From Octopus bimaculoides (lineage: Eukaryota): a stretch of DNA of 56,835 nucleotides. The position numbers and the translations under genes are program-made. Below are positions 13,092 to 27,020 of this stretch, one piece after another (the first letter of the stretch is position 1; the number at the start of each line of letters is the position of its first letter). The notes beneath the pieces were generated by a model, which saw only the letters and a list, made by a program, of their open reading frames with translations, made no database searches and was not told where the DNA came from. The DNA lies in assembly GCF_001194135.2 (NCBI RefSeq), contig NC_068995.1, positions 52,784,538 to 52,841,372 of the forward strand. The letters are read 5' to 3'.

Positions 13092-14880
13092 TACATATAT
13101 ATATAAATATATATATATATATANNNNNNNNNNNNNNNNNNNNNNNNNNNNNNNNNNNNNNNNNNNNNNNNNNNNNNNNNNNNNNNNNNNNNNNNNNNNN
13201 NNNNNNNNNNNNNNNNNNNNNNNNNNNNNNNNNNNNNNNNNNNNNNNNNNNNNNNNNNNNNNNNNNNNNNNNNNNNNNNNNNNNNNNNNNNNNNNNNNNN
13301 NNNNNNNNNNNNNNNNNNNNNNNNNNNNNNNNNNNNNNNNNNNNNNNNNNNNNNNNNNNNNNNNNNNNNNNNNNNNNNNNNNNNNNNNNNNNNNNNNNNN
13401 NNNNNNNNNNNNNNNNNNNNNNNNNNNNNNNNNNNNNNNNNNNNNNNNNNNNNNNNNNNNNNNNNNNNNNNNNNNNNNNNNNNNNNNNNNNNNNNNNNNN
13501 NNNNNNNNNNNNNNNNNNNNNNNNNNNNNNNNNNNNNNNNNNNNNNNNNNNNNNNNNNNNNNNNNNNNNNNNNNNNNNNNNNNNNNNNNNNNNNNNNNNN
13601 NNNNNNNNNNNNNNNNNNNNNNNNNNNNNNNNNNNNNNNNNNNNNNNNNNNNNNNNNNNNNNNNNNNNNNNNNNNNNNNNNNNNNNNNNNNNNNNNNNNN
13701 NNNNNNNNNNNNNNNNNNNNNNNNNNNNNNNNNNNNNNNNNNNNNNNNNNNNNNNNNNNNNNNNNNNNNNNNNNNNNNNNNNNNNNNNNNNNNNNNNNNN
13801 NNNNNNNNNNNNNNNNNNNNNNNNNNNNNNNNNNNNNNNNNNNNNNNNNNNNNNNNNNNNNNNNNNNNNNNNNNNNNNNNNNNNNNNNNNNNNNNNNNNN
13901 NNNNNNNNNNNNNNNNNNNNNNNNNNNNNNNNNNNNNNNNNNNNNNNNNNNNNNNNNNNNNNNNTATATATATATATACATACATATATATAAATAAATA
14001 CATATATATATATATATGTATATATATATACACATATATATATATATATAAATATATAAATATATGATGTGTATATATGCATAAATGTATGTGTGTGCGT
14101 GTGTGTGTATGTGTGCCATAAAATATCGTGCCAGACAGTTGAATGCATTAATTTTTATATAACTTCATCAACTTTTGTTTCTTCATTTTTTATTTTTATT
14201 ATTTTAATATTTGTTTTTGCAATTAAAAAACTGTGTAGCAATAATTAGATGAAGAGATACGTCAATCACGAGATGACATATCAATGTACCTGCTCCACCA
14301 ACACATACCCAAACATACCTTACAACACACACACACACACACACACACAAGCATATACTTTTACAACACACACACACACACTCCCATGTACACAGACGCA
14401 GAATCGTATCACATATTAAGACACACAACTGACAGCAGAGGTTCATAGACGCCATATATGCATCCCTTCTCAAAAGCACATCTCACTCATATAACTGAAA
14501 CAACACATATACACACTTTTACACAGACAAACACGTGTATACAGAAACACACACACACACACACACACACATAACACCTATAAAATTGAAACAAATCAAT
14601 CATACATACACAAACCTATAATACATATAGGTAACACAGACACAAATGACACACTCACACATACACACACAACATGCTTGCTTATAACACAATTAACGCA
14701 CATACGTACGTGCACACACACACACATAGAACACGTGAAGAAACATGAGAACTTGTACATGGTTGCTGGAGCTATTTGAAATGGTAGTCAAATCCACCCT
14801 CCACTTCAGTGGTTCCCAACCCTTTTATTTAAATGAATTTTCCCACGTATCCCTTTTAATATGCTTCTCCTTATAAGCCA

Positions 14881-15087
14881 GCGAACTAGCAGAATTGTTA
14901 GCACACTGGGCGAAATGCTTAGCGCTATTTCGTCTGTCTTTACATTCTGAGTTCAAATTCCGCTGAGGTTGACTTTGCCTTTCATCCTTTTGGGGCTGAT
15001 AAATTAATTACCAGTTGCATACTGGTGTTGATCTAATAGACTGGCCCCCTTCCCAAAATCTTTTGGGCCTAGTACTTAACGTAGAAT
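14881..15087 (+). mobile_element. SINE family D nested in the hAT element
   Basis: gcgaactagcagaattgttagc...gagttcaaattcc (B box)...tttcatccttt...; homologous to 41093-41305. Confidence 0.85.
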
Positions 15088-15221
15088 ATATATATATTTA
15101 AATAAAGGTTAAAATAGCCTTATTAAGGGATAAAAATATCCAATGAATTACTTGTTCATTGCCTATCATTTTTTTTTCGTGAATAGTGATATTCCTAAAA
15201 TAATAGGTCTAAGTATAAATC

Positions 15222-15558
15222 TTGGTTTATAAATATTCAAATTAAAATTCAGAAAATGGAGATGAAACATTAATATAATTTATGAACTGCAAAACTCCAA
15301 CATATTCTCTTACAGCTGTTTCTATTTTACCAAAGGCCAACAATTTGGAGGGAAACATAACACATAATAACTTAACGGCATGTCTTTTCTACTCTTCTGA
15401 TGAGATTTTGCCCCAAACAATGATTTAATTATTGGAATTTAATATTTGGGCAAAATTGAAACAGTTGTAAGAGAATATGTTGGATTTTTGCAATGGATAA
15501 TTTATATTAATGCTACATCTCCATTTTCTGAATTTTAATTTGAATATTCATAAACCAA
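15222..15558. mobile_element. Long-TIR MITE/foldback inside the hAT element
   Basis: Arms 15222-15334 and 15445-15558 are imperfect reverse complements (ttggtttat.aatattcaaattaaaattcagaaaatggagatg...). Confidence 0.75.
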
Positions 15559-16782
15559 ATATATGTGTGTGTGTGTGTCTGTCTGTCTGTCTGTCTGTAT
15601 GTATGTATGTATGAATGCATGCATGGATGGATGTATGAAATTTTGAATTTAGTTCACGGACCTCCAGTACTACTTTTGCGGGTCACCAGGGGTCTGCGGC
15701 CCCCAGGTTGGGAACCACTTCTTCAATTACACAGTATCGGTGTATCATACTAAAGGCATATACATCGTTGTGTTGGTGGTGGTGGTTCTTGATTTCAAAA
15801 GTTACGACTATGAATTTGTTTCACCTGGTTTGATTACAGTTGCTAAGAGTAACAGCCCCATGGCCTAACAGTGACTTCCTCTCTCTTACAACATGTAACT
15901 CATGTGTATTTATTTGTGCACTAAATGCACAAATGCAACACAAAATCTACATAAGCTTTTAAAATAATACAATTTAATAGACATTCACTACTAATTGCTG
16001 CAATTTAGTAAAATCCTACGTAGCACTAATTTGCTAATTGCAATTTACAAAACAGTTTCATAGCTGTAATTTACACATTTCGAAATAGTCAATTATCAAT
16101 GTAATTAGTGATGAGGTAGGTGAAAAAAGAAACGAAAAGAAAAGAATGCAATGTATAAAGTACAGGTTTATCAGCCCACAAGTTATGAGTTCAAATCCAT
16201 GGTAGAATCTTCAGTTCGTCTGACTGCTTGGAATAAGGAACCAAATTATCTGAGAATAATTTAGCATTTAAGGAGTGAGCATACATACCCTCGCAGGCCG
16301 AATTGTTCCGTTGGTAATTAAGGTTCCCTATGACTATATATCTTTTAGCTTTTGCTTGTTTCAGTCATTAGACTGCGGCCATGCTGGGGCACCGCCTGGA
16401 AAACTTTCTAGACAAATGACTCGCCCCTGTACTTACTGCTTTTTAAAGCCTGGTACTTATTCTATTGGACTCTTTTGCTGAACCACTAAGTTACAGGGAC
16501 ATAAACACACCAACATCAGTTGTCACGTGACAGTGGAGTACACACACACACATATACGTATATATATGTGTGTGTGTGTGTGTGTATGTAAATATACGAC
16601 AGGCTTCTTTCAGTTTCCCTTTACCAGATTGCCTCACAAGGCTTGGGTCGGCCCAACGCTACAGTAAAAGACACTTGCCCAAGGTGTCATGCAGTGGGAC
16701 TATTTGGTTGGGAAGTAATGGACTCTCCAGTACTTTGCATTGCTTGGAGGCCTAACGTGTTCCTGGACACCCTGTCTTGGTA

Positions 16783-17050
16783 GTACATTATTTACATTTG
16801 ACGGATATTTGTCCTCGTCTTGTTTGTTGTTAACACAACGTTTTGGCTGATATACCCTCCAGCCTTCTTCAGGTGTATTGGGGAAATTTTGAACCTGGGT
16901 TCTCATTCCTAAGGTATTTTTCAATGTTATGTCACTGCCTGAAATCGAACTCAGAATCTTGGGGTTAGTAGCCTGTGCTCTTAACCAATATGCCATAATA
17001 ATAATAACATTGAAAAATACCTTAGGAATGAGAACCCAGGTTCGAAATTT
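16783..17050 (-). mobile_element. Foldback tRNA-head/hammerhead element, copy A (partial)
   Basis: Arm 16783-16929, then tRNA-like head on the minus strand 16931-16996, (AAT)3, and an inverted truncated arm to 17050; homologous to 33819-34286. Confidence 0.85.
16832..16877 (-). ncRNA. Decayed minimal type I hammerhead ribozyme
   Basis: Minus strand: tacac CTGAAGA a ggctg-gagggtatat-cagcc AAAAC GTT gtgtt; the G of GAAA is mutated to A at a CpG. Confidence 0.6.
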
Positions 17051-17084
17051 GTGTATAATATATTGAGGGCTATCGATAAAGTTC

Positions 17085-17116
<32 letters not shown>

Positions 17117-17323
17117 ACACCTATTGAAATGTATTAATTGAGGAAGATCTTCTGTAAAAGCATTATCCAGTATGACATCATAATATAAAGCAGTGCTCCA
17201 GCATGGCTGCAGTCAAGTGATTGAAACAAGTAAAAGAATAAAAGAACACAGCTAGCTAGATAGATAGATAGATGAGACTGTGCACACGCACACACACATA
17301 TATACACACATACATATAGATAC

Positions 17324-17423
<100 letters not shown>

Positions 17424-18856
17424 CTAGATAGATACGTATACATATATACACACATGCATATATGTTCATATATATACATAAATGTATGTACATACATACA
17501 CATATACAGTGGGGCATGTACTTTTAATAAAATATGGTGTCAATGAAAAGCAGGAAATGTCAAAAGAAAGCCAGTCTATTATGACAAAGTGAGTTTCGTG
17601 AATATACGTGTTTATGTGTATGTGTGATACGTATGTGCTCCCATATGAGTGTGTGTGTGTGTGTGTATGCATATGCATGTTTTGTTAGTGGTGGTGGTGG
17701 TGGTGGTGGTGGGGAGGAGCAGAAAGGTAAGAAGGATAACAAAATCGCAAAATATGTCGAAATAAAACTGTAACGTTATTAACCTTTTGATGTGTTATGA
17801 TGTTTTACATGGATTCAGCTGTCACGGTAGTAATAAACGTCTTTTCAATCTCCGACACCTTTCGTGAAACCTATATAACAACATTCTCCATGTGCGTGTG
17901 TGTGTGTGCATGCCTATATGTATATATGAATGTGTGCATGTGTGTGTGTGTGTGTACATAACCTGTCTCTCACCTGCGAAGGAGGATAATGAACTTACAT
18001 AAACACACACAAGCAGAGACACACTTAAAACATACCCATACATGCTTACCTACACAAGATTATATATGCATATATAAGTCGTGTGTGAGTGTATATGAAT
18101 GCATATATGTGTATGTATATATTATGTATGTATGTATGTACACATATTGCATATATAAGTATATGTGTATATATACGTAAGTATATGAGCGTGTATATAT
18201 GTATGTGTATCTGTAAATATATATCTATATTTATATATGTATGTATATTGTATGTGTATGTATATAAACATACACTCTATGACAGATGGAGAGAGGGGTG
18301 TGTGAATAGAAGAAACAGATATCTTGTTTCTTAACACGAGATGTAATAACAATGAAATAAAAGAGACAAGTTTTTAAACCTTTGAGGGAGCAGTCTGATT
18401 CAAAGACACACACACACACACACACACATTCCTATTCAATTCCTCCAACCAAATGCATTGACGTACGTACAAACATACATGCACAGAAGCTCCTACACAT
18501 TGAGTCTACAAAATAACGGAATGAACGTAGGCACACATACACACTTATATGCTTTCTCTCTCTCTCTCTCACGCACACACTCCTACCACCGCCACTGCTC
18601 TTCTAGACTACTGAGACAAGATTAGAGACTCTGATATACACACACGCCTATCCTGACCCTCCACCCTTCAAATTCAGACAGACACATAATCGAAAAGCCC
18701 ACCCGACAAAACTGTTGGGGCAAGAGGGCACACACAACACACACACACACACACCTATCCGGACCATCACCCTTCAAGCTTGCTGAGACACAAGTACACA
18801 CACATAGACACACACAGTTGAGTGGCCTACCCTGACAAAATTGCCGGGACAAGAGG

Positions 18857-18916
<60 letters not shown>

Positions 18917-19747
18917 NNNNNNNNNNNNNNNNNNNNNNNNNNNNNNNNNNNNNNNNNNNNNNNNNNNNNNNNNNNNNNNNNNNNNNNNNNNNNNNNNNNN
19001 NNNNNNNNNNNNNNNNNNNNNNNNNNNNNNNNNNNNNNNNNNNNNNNNNNNNNNNNNNNNNNNNNNNNNNNNNNNNNNNNNNNNNNNNNNNNNNNNNNNN
19101 NNNNNNNNNNNNNNNNNNNNNNNNNNNNNNNNNNNNNNNNNNNNNNNNNNNNNNNNNNNNNNNNNNNNNNNNNNNNNNNNNNNNNNNNNNNNNNNNNNNN
19201 NNGTGTAGAAATGTTCGAGGTGGTTCTTTCCTTCTCCACCTCTCTCTCTCTCTTCCCTTCTCCACCTCTCTCTCTCTCTTCCCTTCTCCACCTCTCTCTC
19301 TCTCTTCCCTTCTGTTTTTATCTCTCTCTCTTTCTTTCTCTCTGTCAATATCTGTGTACTGTGCGTCAGCATGTTTGTAGATGCGTTGTGCATCTGTCTG
19401 TGTCTATACTTCTGTGTGTCTGTTTATGTGTATCACACACTGTGTGCGCGTGTAAGTCCACGTTTATTTAGGTATGTGTCCACGTTTGTGTGTGTATGTG
19501 TGCTAAGGGGGGGGGGGCAATTTCTGTATCCATATATGTGCATCATGTGTGTGTATATGTTTATGCGTATCAATCACCGTGATTTAGCGAGTATGTGTGT
19601 GTGCATGCGCACATGTGTGTGTTTGAGAGAGTGTGTATGCATGTATGTGTGTATGTGTGTGTGCGCGTTGTTTTGCAATATCTAATGTCTACAGATGTGC
19701 ACATCTATGTGTGTCTATATCTATGTATGTGAATCTATGTGTGTCTC

Positions 19748-20052
19748 CTCATAAACTTTCCGAAAAAGAAAAATGGATATATTTTTTTTAATGAAATTTT
19801 TGTACAAACACGCTTCAGATTTTTTTTTTTTTTTTTTGTAGGAGTGGATAATTCACACACCACATCAAAATATATGAGGAAACAAAGTTAAAACGTGAGA
19901 ATTATTCACTCCACTCCACCCGGCTCCTATCTATCTATCTATCTATTCATTCCTCAGCATATTCCTACATAACTATATAATCTATACCATCTGAAATGTA
20001 ATTGTAAAAGAAAATTTCATTCAAGAATATCCATTTTTCAGAAAGTTATGAG
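19748..20052. mobile_element. Degenerate inverted-repeat DNA-transposon remnant
   Basis: ctcataaactttccgaaa...atggatat...aatgaaattt...cttcagat mirrored by atctgaaa...aaatttcatt...atatccattttt...gaaagttatgag; inner ggagtggataattcac / gagaattattcactcc. Confidence 0.5.
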
Positions 20053-21248
20053 AAAACAAATTCGAGGTGCGTGAATTATCCAAAACTCCCCACCCACCTG
20101 CCAACCCCGAAAAAACTTTTCGGCAACAAATTCTGATATAATCAGAATAGGATCTTGTTAAATTTCTTCTAACAACTTCAAGTTTTCCAATTTTTCATCA
20201 GATTATTCAAAAACACAATGTAATCCTGATGTAGTTTTGCATGCTGACGACGAAACTCTCGTTCGTTTTTTCATCTTAGAAATTACATGCACTTAATGTT
20301 ACGTAATATTAGCCAATAGAAAACTTCCATTGCTGACATATCGTGTGTGCTGATCTTCATTGCCATGGAGATCAGCTCACACAGAGCTTTTACATGGTCT
20401 CTCTCGACATGCTAGAAATAACAGTCAAATCTTATTTAACCCTTTTGAGACACACAATACAGTACTGTTTCTACTTCGCAGGGGGCTTTTGGAACGTAAC
20501 ATACACGATAATTGAGGAATATCGATCTGTAGTGCCCAGTAAAGAAACTTGCCCAAGGTGTCGCGCAGTGGGACTGAACCTAAGGACTACATTGTTGAGA
20601 AACAAGCATTTTAAACACACAGCTATGCCTCTGTAGAATTTTCCATTATTTTCAAATTTAATTGAACGAAGGCGATAGACTTTCATAGAGAAAGAAAATG
20701 GCTAAAAATTGAGTAGTTGTTACCTTAATTTCTTTTAATATTCTTGCGCAACGGGAATTGTGAAGGAATTTTTCCACCAAAAGAATTTCTTTTTTTCACA
20801 TTTTTGTTCCCTAATTCCATGCCCTTTTTCTTCTTCATAGCTATACCGAAAGTTCACCACAAATGTATATTTCAAGAGAAATACAATTAAAAATAAAATG
20901 AAAGAAAAGATTTTAACTCATGATATGAATATTACTACATAGGAAAATATTGAAATGCCAAACCTAACAATGGCAGCTGGGCTAGAAATAAAGATCGCTC
21001 TTTAGGTTTTTAGTTTTATATTCATTCTTTTACTTAATGTATGCATCGAAATCAAGCTAGGATTGACTCAGGGATCGATTTCAAGTGGAGTCAGTTAATA
21101 TTGCAATGGCCCCCTTTCCCAAAGAAATACTGACCGCGAGCCCTAAATAAAGATAATATAATGTAATATAATGTAATGTAACATAATAATATATATATAT
21201 ATATTCTTTATACATATGTATACATAAAAGATTTATATGTATGTGTGC

Positions 21249-21294
<46 letters not shown>

Positions 21295-22205
21295 GCCTAT
21301 GAAAAATTAATCGATATATTACTGTTAGAACCAATCAGTTTTCGTAAATATAGAAAGCAAAGGGGAGACCGGAAGTCTAAACACGTGTTCACAAACACAA
21401 TTTATTTTCTGTGTGCAACAAAGCATGTAAATTATAAATAAACACANNNNNNNNNNNNNNNNNNNNNNNNNNNNNNNNNNNNNNNNNNNNNNNNNNNNNN
21501 NNNNNNNNNNNNNNNNNNNNNNNNNNNNNNNNNNNNNNNNNNNNNNNNNNNNNNNNNNNNNNNNNNNNNNNNNNNNNNNNNNNNNNNNNNNNNNNNNNNN
21601 NNNNNNNNNNNNNNNNNNNNNNNNNNNNNNNNNNNNNNNNNNNNNNNNNNNNNNNNNNNNNNNNNNNNNNNNNNNNNNNNNNNNNNNNNNNNNNNNNNNN
21701 NNNNNNNNNNNNNNNNNNNNNNNNNNNNNNNNNNNNNNNNNNNNNNNNNNNNNNNNNNNNNNNNNNNNNNNNNNNNNNNNNNNNNNNNNNNNNNNNNNNN
21801 NNNNNNNNNNNNNNNNNNNNNNNNNNNNNNNNNNNNNNNNNNNNNNNNNNNNNNNNNNNNNNNNNNNNNNNNNNNNNNNNNNNNNNNNNNNNNNNNNNNN
21901 NNNNNNNNNNNNNNNNNNNNNNNNNNNNNNNNNNNNNNNNNNNNNNNNNNNNNNNNNNNNNNNNNNNNNNNNNNNNNNNNNNNNNNNNNNNNNNNNNNNN
22001 NNNNNNNNNNNNNNNNNNNNNNNNNNNNNNNNNNNNNNNNNNNNNNNNNNNNNNNNNNNNNNNNNNNNNNNNNNNNNNNNNNNNNNNNNNNNNNNNNNNN
22101 NNNNNNNNNNNNNNNNNNNNNNNNNNNNNNNNNNNNNNNNNNNNNNNNNNNNNNNNNNNATTAAAACATGCTTCCAATTTAGCATTCTGCTTTATTCTTC
22201 ATTTT

Positions 22206-22249
<44 letters not shown>

Positions 22250-22612
22250 TACGTAGAGAGAGAGGTGGGGAGATTGGGAAAGGTACTCATCATGGAATAA
22301 TGATTGCATGGACATAATTTTACAAATGGTGAGCGAGGGATAAATTTGCTTTTATCGATCCCTTCAACTATTTCATTGGTAACTTATTTTATCGATTCCA
22401 GATGGATAAATAGAAAACTCGACTCCGAAGGGATTTCCAATCGGAGTGCAAAATAATTCATTGTGAGAGGGGAGAGTAGTTGATTACATCGACCCCAGGG
22501 CTCGATTGGTACTTCTTGTATCGAACCCGAAAGGATGAAAGGGAACGTCAACTTCAGAATTTGAAATCAGAACCCAAAGACAGACGAAATACCACAATTC
22601 CAAAATTCCATA

Positions 22613-22913
22613 GGCATAGGAATGGCTGTGTGGTAAGTAGCTTGCTTACCAACCACATGGTTCCGGGTTCAGTCCCACTGCGTGGCACCTTGGGCAAGTG
22701 CCTATAGCCTCGGGCCGACCAAAGCCTTGTGAGTGGATTTGGTAGATGGAAACTGAAAGAAGCCTGTCGTATATATGTGTATGTATGTGTGTGTGTGTGT
22801 GTATGTTTGTGTGCCTGTGTTTGTCCCCCCAACATCGCTTGACAACCGATGCTGGTGTATTTACGTCCCTGTAACTTAGCGGTTTGGCAAAAGTGATCGA
22901 TAGAATAAGTACT
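22613..22913 (+). mobile_element. SINE family B (tRNA head plus CORE-like ccttgggcaagtg), well-preserved copy
   Basis: tggctgtgtggtaagtagc...gggttcagtccc (A and B boxes); about 15 related copies on both strands in the window. Confidence 0.85.
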
Positions 22914-23166
22914 TTAAATGAAAGAGAATCAGGAGAAAATGGTACATGATATGAAATTAACGAAACCCGACTAAATATGAAAAAAGAAACTCAACATAAA
23001 AATGTTCTCTTATATCTTCTTCACGATCAGTTATAGTATCGTCTTTATGACATATTTACTCACAGCGCAAAAAGAAGGAATTAATGAAATTAGACATTAC
23101 TCATTATACGCCATTTTAGACAGCATTGAGAAAAAATTGATTTGGAATCCAACAAAGAAAAGAATT

Positions 23167-23297
23167 TTCTTTTCTAGTCTAGGTACAAGGCCCGAAAATT
23201 TGGGGGAGGGGACCAGTCGATTGGATTGACTCCAGTACACAACTGGTACTTAATTTATCGACCCGGAAAGGATGAAAAGCAAAGTCGACCTCTGCGG
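23167..23297 (-). mobile_element. SINE family D 3' part
   Basis: Reverse complement of 41175-41305. Confidence 0.8.
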
Positions 23298-23475
23298 TGT
23301 CTGTTTTATATTGGATTTACTCTGTCGTAAATAAAACTAGTTCCGTAAGAAATAAAACAATGTTTAAAAAACGCGTAATTTATTATCGGTTGTCATTATG
23401 GAGATAGCTTTTGCTCATTGAAATCCTGTTGAAAACAGTTTAAGTCTATTCAACATTTCAATTCTTTATTGATCA

Positions 23476-23512
23476 AACTTTTATACAAGACAAGAAGTCT
23501 TGTATAAAAGTT
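23476..23512. repeat. Perfect 16-bp hairpin with 5-nt loop
   Basis: aacttttatacaagac-aagaa-gtcttgtataaaagtt. Confidence 0.9.
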
Positions 23513-24653
23513 ATTTTGACGTTTGAGTAGGAACACACACACACGCACGCATATATGTGTGTGTATGTATGTACGCACTTACATATATAATTTTCGTATT
23601 TATACACACGCATACATATGTACATAGTGTTTAAAGTTTTAATTAATTTTTGTTTAAATATCTGCCATTGAATACGGTAATTTTAATTAGATCTTACCTG
23701 AAATCATTAAATGTTGTTCTTCGCAGAGTGAAAATGCGAGACAGATAGATAGATAAGAGAGAGATTGAGAGGGAGAGAGAGAGAGAGAGAGAGAAAGAAA
23801 GAGAGAGTGTGTGTGAAAGAGAGAGGTTAAAGGGAGGGTTGGATAAAAGTGTGATTTGGTGGGGAAGGGGAGACGGTTGGTTTTCAAGACTGTCCAAGGA
23901 AAATATGAATGTGTGTGTGTGTATGGCACACACACACACACACACATGTATGTATAAAGAGAGAAAGAGAAAACAAATGGAGAGAGAGAGAGAGTGAGAA
24001 AGAGAGGCGATATAAAATGGAATGTTTTGTGACAACTTGAATGGAAATAATTTAAATGGATTTGAGAAAACAGTGGATATAATTATATCTTAGGTCTTTT
24101 ATCATTTAATTGTTTCAGTCACAGGACTGCGGCCATGCTGGGGCACCACTTTGAATAATTATAGTTGAACGAATCGACTCCAGAACTTATTTGTTTAAGC
24201 CTCCCTCTTATTCTATTGGTGTCTTTTGCTGAACCGCTATGTTATGGGGACATTAACACATCAACACCCGTTGTCAAGCGTTGTTGGGGAACAAACACAC
24301 ACACTCCTTATGTAGGTAGGGTAACATCCCGGCTGTGTCCGCTTGAAGCATGTCTGCTTATTCCAGTTTTGCAATCCAGAATGTAATTGTATTGATATGA
24401 GGTACATATTGGAGTTGGAATTTTAGAAATATCGCTTGCAGAGAATTATTAAAGCAGAAAGTAAGAAAATTTTATCATTTGACTCTCTGTCTGAAAAACT
24501 TCTGATAGGAAATTTCTTACATGTTTTCTTTCAGCATGTACAACTTTATGATTCCTATTAGCTAATGAAATATGTGTAATGGTGATTAAATAATAATTAA
24601 AAAATCCAGCATCCTGTTCTATGTGTGTGTGTGCATGTGTCTCTGTGTGAGTG

Positions 24654-24688
<35 letters not shown>

Positions 24689-25600
24689 GTGGTAATAATA
24701 AATAAGAAATTTAATATCAGAATGCTAACTTAGCATTAAAAGTTATGTAACTTTTTTCTTCGTTTTTCTTTTTTATTTGGTCCCACAAGATCTTTATAAT
24801 AAAGAGACAAAGAAACCTTGTAGAATCTGCGAAATATTTCTTTTGTATGCATTATTTCTGAGAAGTCCTTGACGTCTTAGAATTCTGTGCTGTTTATGAG
24901 TGACAAAGAATATTTTTGCCATTCTTAATCTCAAACCTATTTATATCATTGATAGATACAAAACAACAACAAATAAAAAATATAATCAAACATAAAATTA
25001 ATACATAAAACCCCCCCCAAAAAAACGACGGTTGTGGGATGGTTGCAAATTCATTATTATAAAAGTTACGTCTTCAATTTGACAATCTGAGACAAATTCC
25101 TCAATAAATAAATAATTATAATAAAAAGACATTTCTTTTTAATATTAATGATGATAATGCAAAACTTTGCGACAAAAGATGAATAAAAAATATAATGTAA
25201 ATTTACTTTTCAGAAATGGTATTTTTGACAGGTTTAAAAATCCTATTCTTTACAAACTGAATCATTAGCATAAAGACTTTGGTGTTAAAGAAATATCTTG
25301 AATTATTACCGGATGTCAAAATGACCGAAATGTTTTAGCAATCGGAAACGGTGAATAGGACATCTGCTTTAGTTTACGGCTTTATTTTCCCTGGTTATCT
25401 TTTATAATGATGTAATGTTAAACATGGTTGCGTGGTTAAGAAATTAGGTTCCCAGCTATGTGGCATCAGTTTCAATCCCACTGCATGGCAGACACCTTGA
25501 GCAATTATCTTCCACTATAGCTCTGGGCTGACTAAAATCTTTCGAGTGCATTTGGTTGACAGGAATTGAAAGAAGCATGCTGTATGTATAAATGTATGCA

Positions 25601-25633
<33 letters not shown>

Positions 25634-26943
25634 TTTATATATATATATGATAACAAATTAAAGGCACATAATCAATGTATGTGTTTTGTTTGTTTCCTGG
25701 TTTGCTGTGGCTTAGCACTTGGGGGATGACCTCCTCATAACGCTGGGCGTTAAAACATTTGAAATTCATAGACAGGTGAGGCAACTCTCTTCTGATTAAA
25801 TATATATATATTTATACACGCATACATGCACACACATGCACATACACTTTCAAGATTTTGCTTGATCTGAGGGCTAAGAAAATACACTTGCTCAAGGTGC
25901 CGTGTGGCAGAACTGAACCCAAGACTACATAGTTGGGAAGCAAGCTTCATAATCACACAACCAAACCAAACCTAAGTATGTTATTTCTAAGAATAATCAT
26001 TGACCTTTCTAAACACGCACCACCCCTCTGTGAGCTCCCCACAATGCCTCCAAAGGGGTGTTACTGTTCAGATTAAGAACCACTAGCTTAATGTGTCTTT
26101 CTTTCTTTAAGAAGCTGACCCTGCTATCTCATTTGCAGACAGTCTATCTATCACACTATCTAATGTCTGGTTATAGAGTAACATTTAGGTGCTGCTATTT
26201 CTAGCAGCCGAACCAACCACATAGAGGTCTATGTTTTGTTAATATTGTTGATGTCATTGTTTAAGCCTCAGTCAGTTCCTACAAAGCATACTTATATTTA
26301 AAATCATTCCATTTATGACCATCTTGTATTAATTATTTTTTTTGGTCTAAGTGGAATGTATTTAGCCTTACCAAAGCGTCCTTCCCAGCATCCTTTATTT
26401 GAAAGATGTTTGTATGTTTCTATGTTATTTAAGGGAAATTTGGCTGCTATTTCCGATAGACTGAGTAACAAGATAGAGGTTCCTTATTGGGCCTCATTTT
26501 ATTAATGTTGTGGTTATTTTATTTGATAGGTAAAATAAGATTCAATCACATTTTGAATATAGTTCCAGGCAGCTGATCACACAACCCTATTTTGAACAGA
26601 AAGGGAGCTGATGGGGAGGGCTTTCTTTTATAAATTGCCTACGGAACGTAACTTAATTTAGACATTGTGACTCTACTGACAGAAAGGAAACCACACTCTC
26701 TCCTAAACCTTCTTATTGAGTTTTCCATGATACAATATTGCTGAGATGAAATGCTCTGAATCAATAAATAAATAAATCAATAGAGGTTCTGGAATGTTGG
26801 CAAATACTAGTTAAAGGTAAGCAGGGAAGACAAGGGAAGGGGGGAAAATGGGATTATTAGAATAAAAAAAAAATTACCCCTAAAAGGCTTCGATCTGTCT
26901 TTGTTCTTTAAAATATCAACAGTTGATTCTAATCTAAATTTAC

Positions 26944-27020
26944 TTTCCGAATTGCATGTCTCAGAGATATTGTGTAAAGAACATGCAGAGTGCAAGCAAT
27001 ATAGTTATTTATTGGTAAAC
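26944..27020 (-). other. Candidate minus-strand exon (77 nt; LPINNYIACTLHVLYTISLRHAIRK in its only open frame)
   Basis: Very strong acceptor tttttctttttaattttttttttctatag|; donor AAA|gtaaat (alternative AGGG|gtaatt with exon end 26878). Confidence 0.35.

Larger units (their letters stand above)
14807..15720. mobile_element. Non-autonomous hAT (Charlie-like) DNA transposon with nested insertions
   Basis: TIRs cagtggttcccaacc (14807-14821) and ggttgggaaccactt (15706-15720); 8-bp flanks ctccactt and cttcaatt match 6/8 (eroded TSD). Confidence 0.75.

Noticed and set aside
20245-20270. CTGACGAcGAAAC hammerhead-like words
   Set aside because: There is no room for stem II, and it lies in a probable DNA-transposon remnant.
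21367-21392. ETS (accggaagt) and E-box (cacgtg) motifs next to a gap
   Set aside because: Two short motifs without a CpG-rich context or a linked first exon are insufficient to call a promoter.
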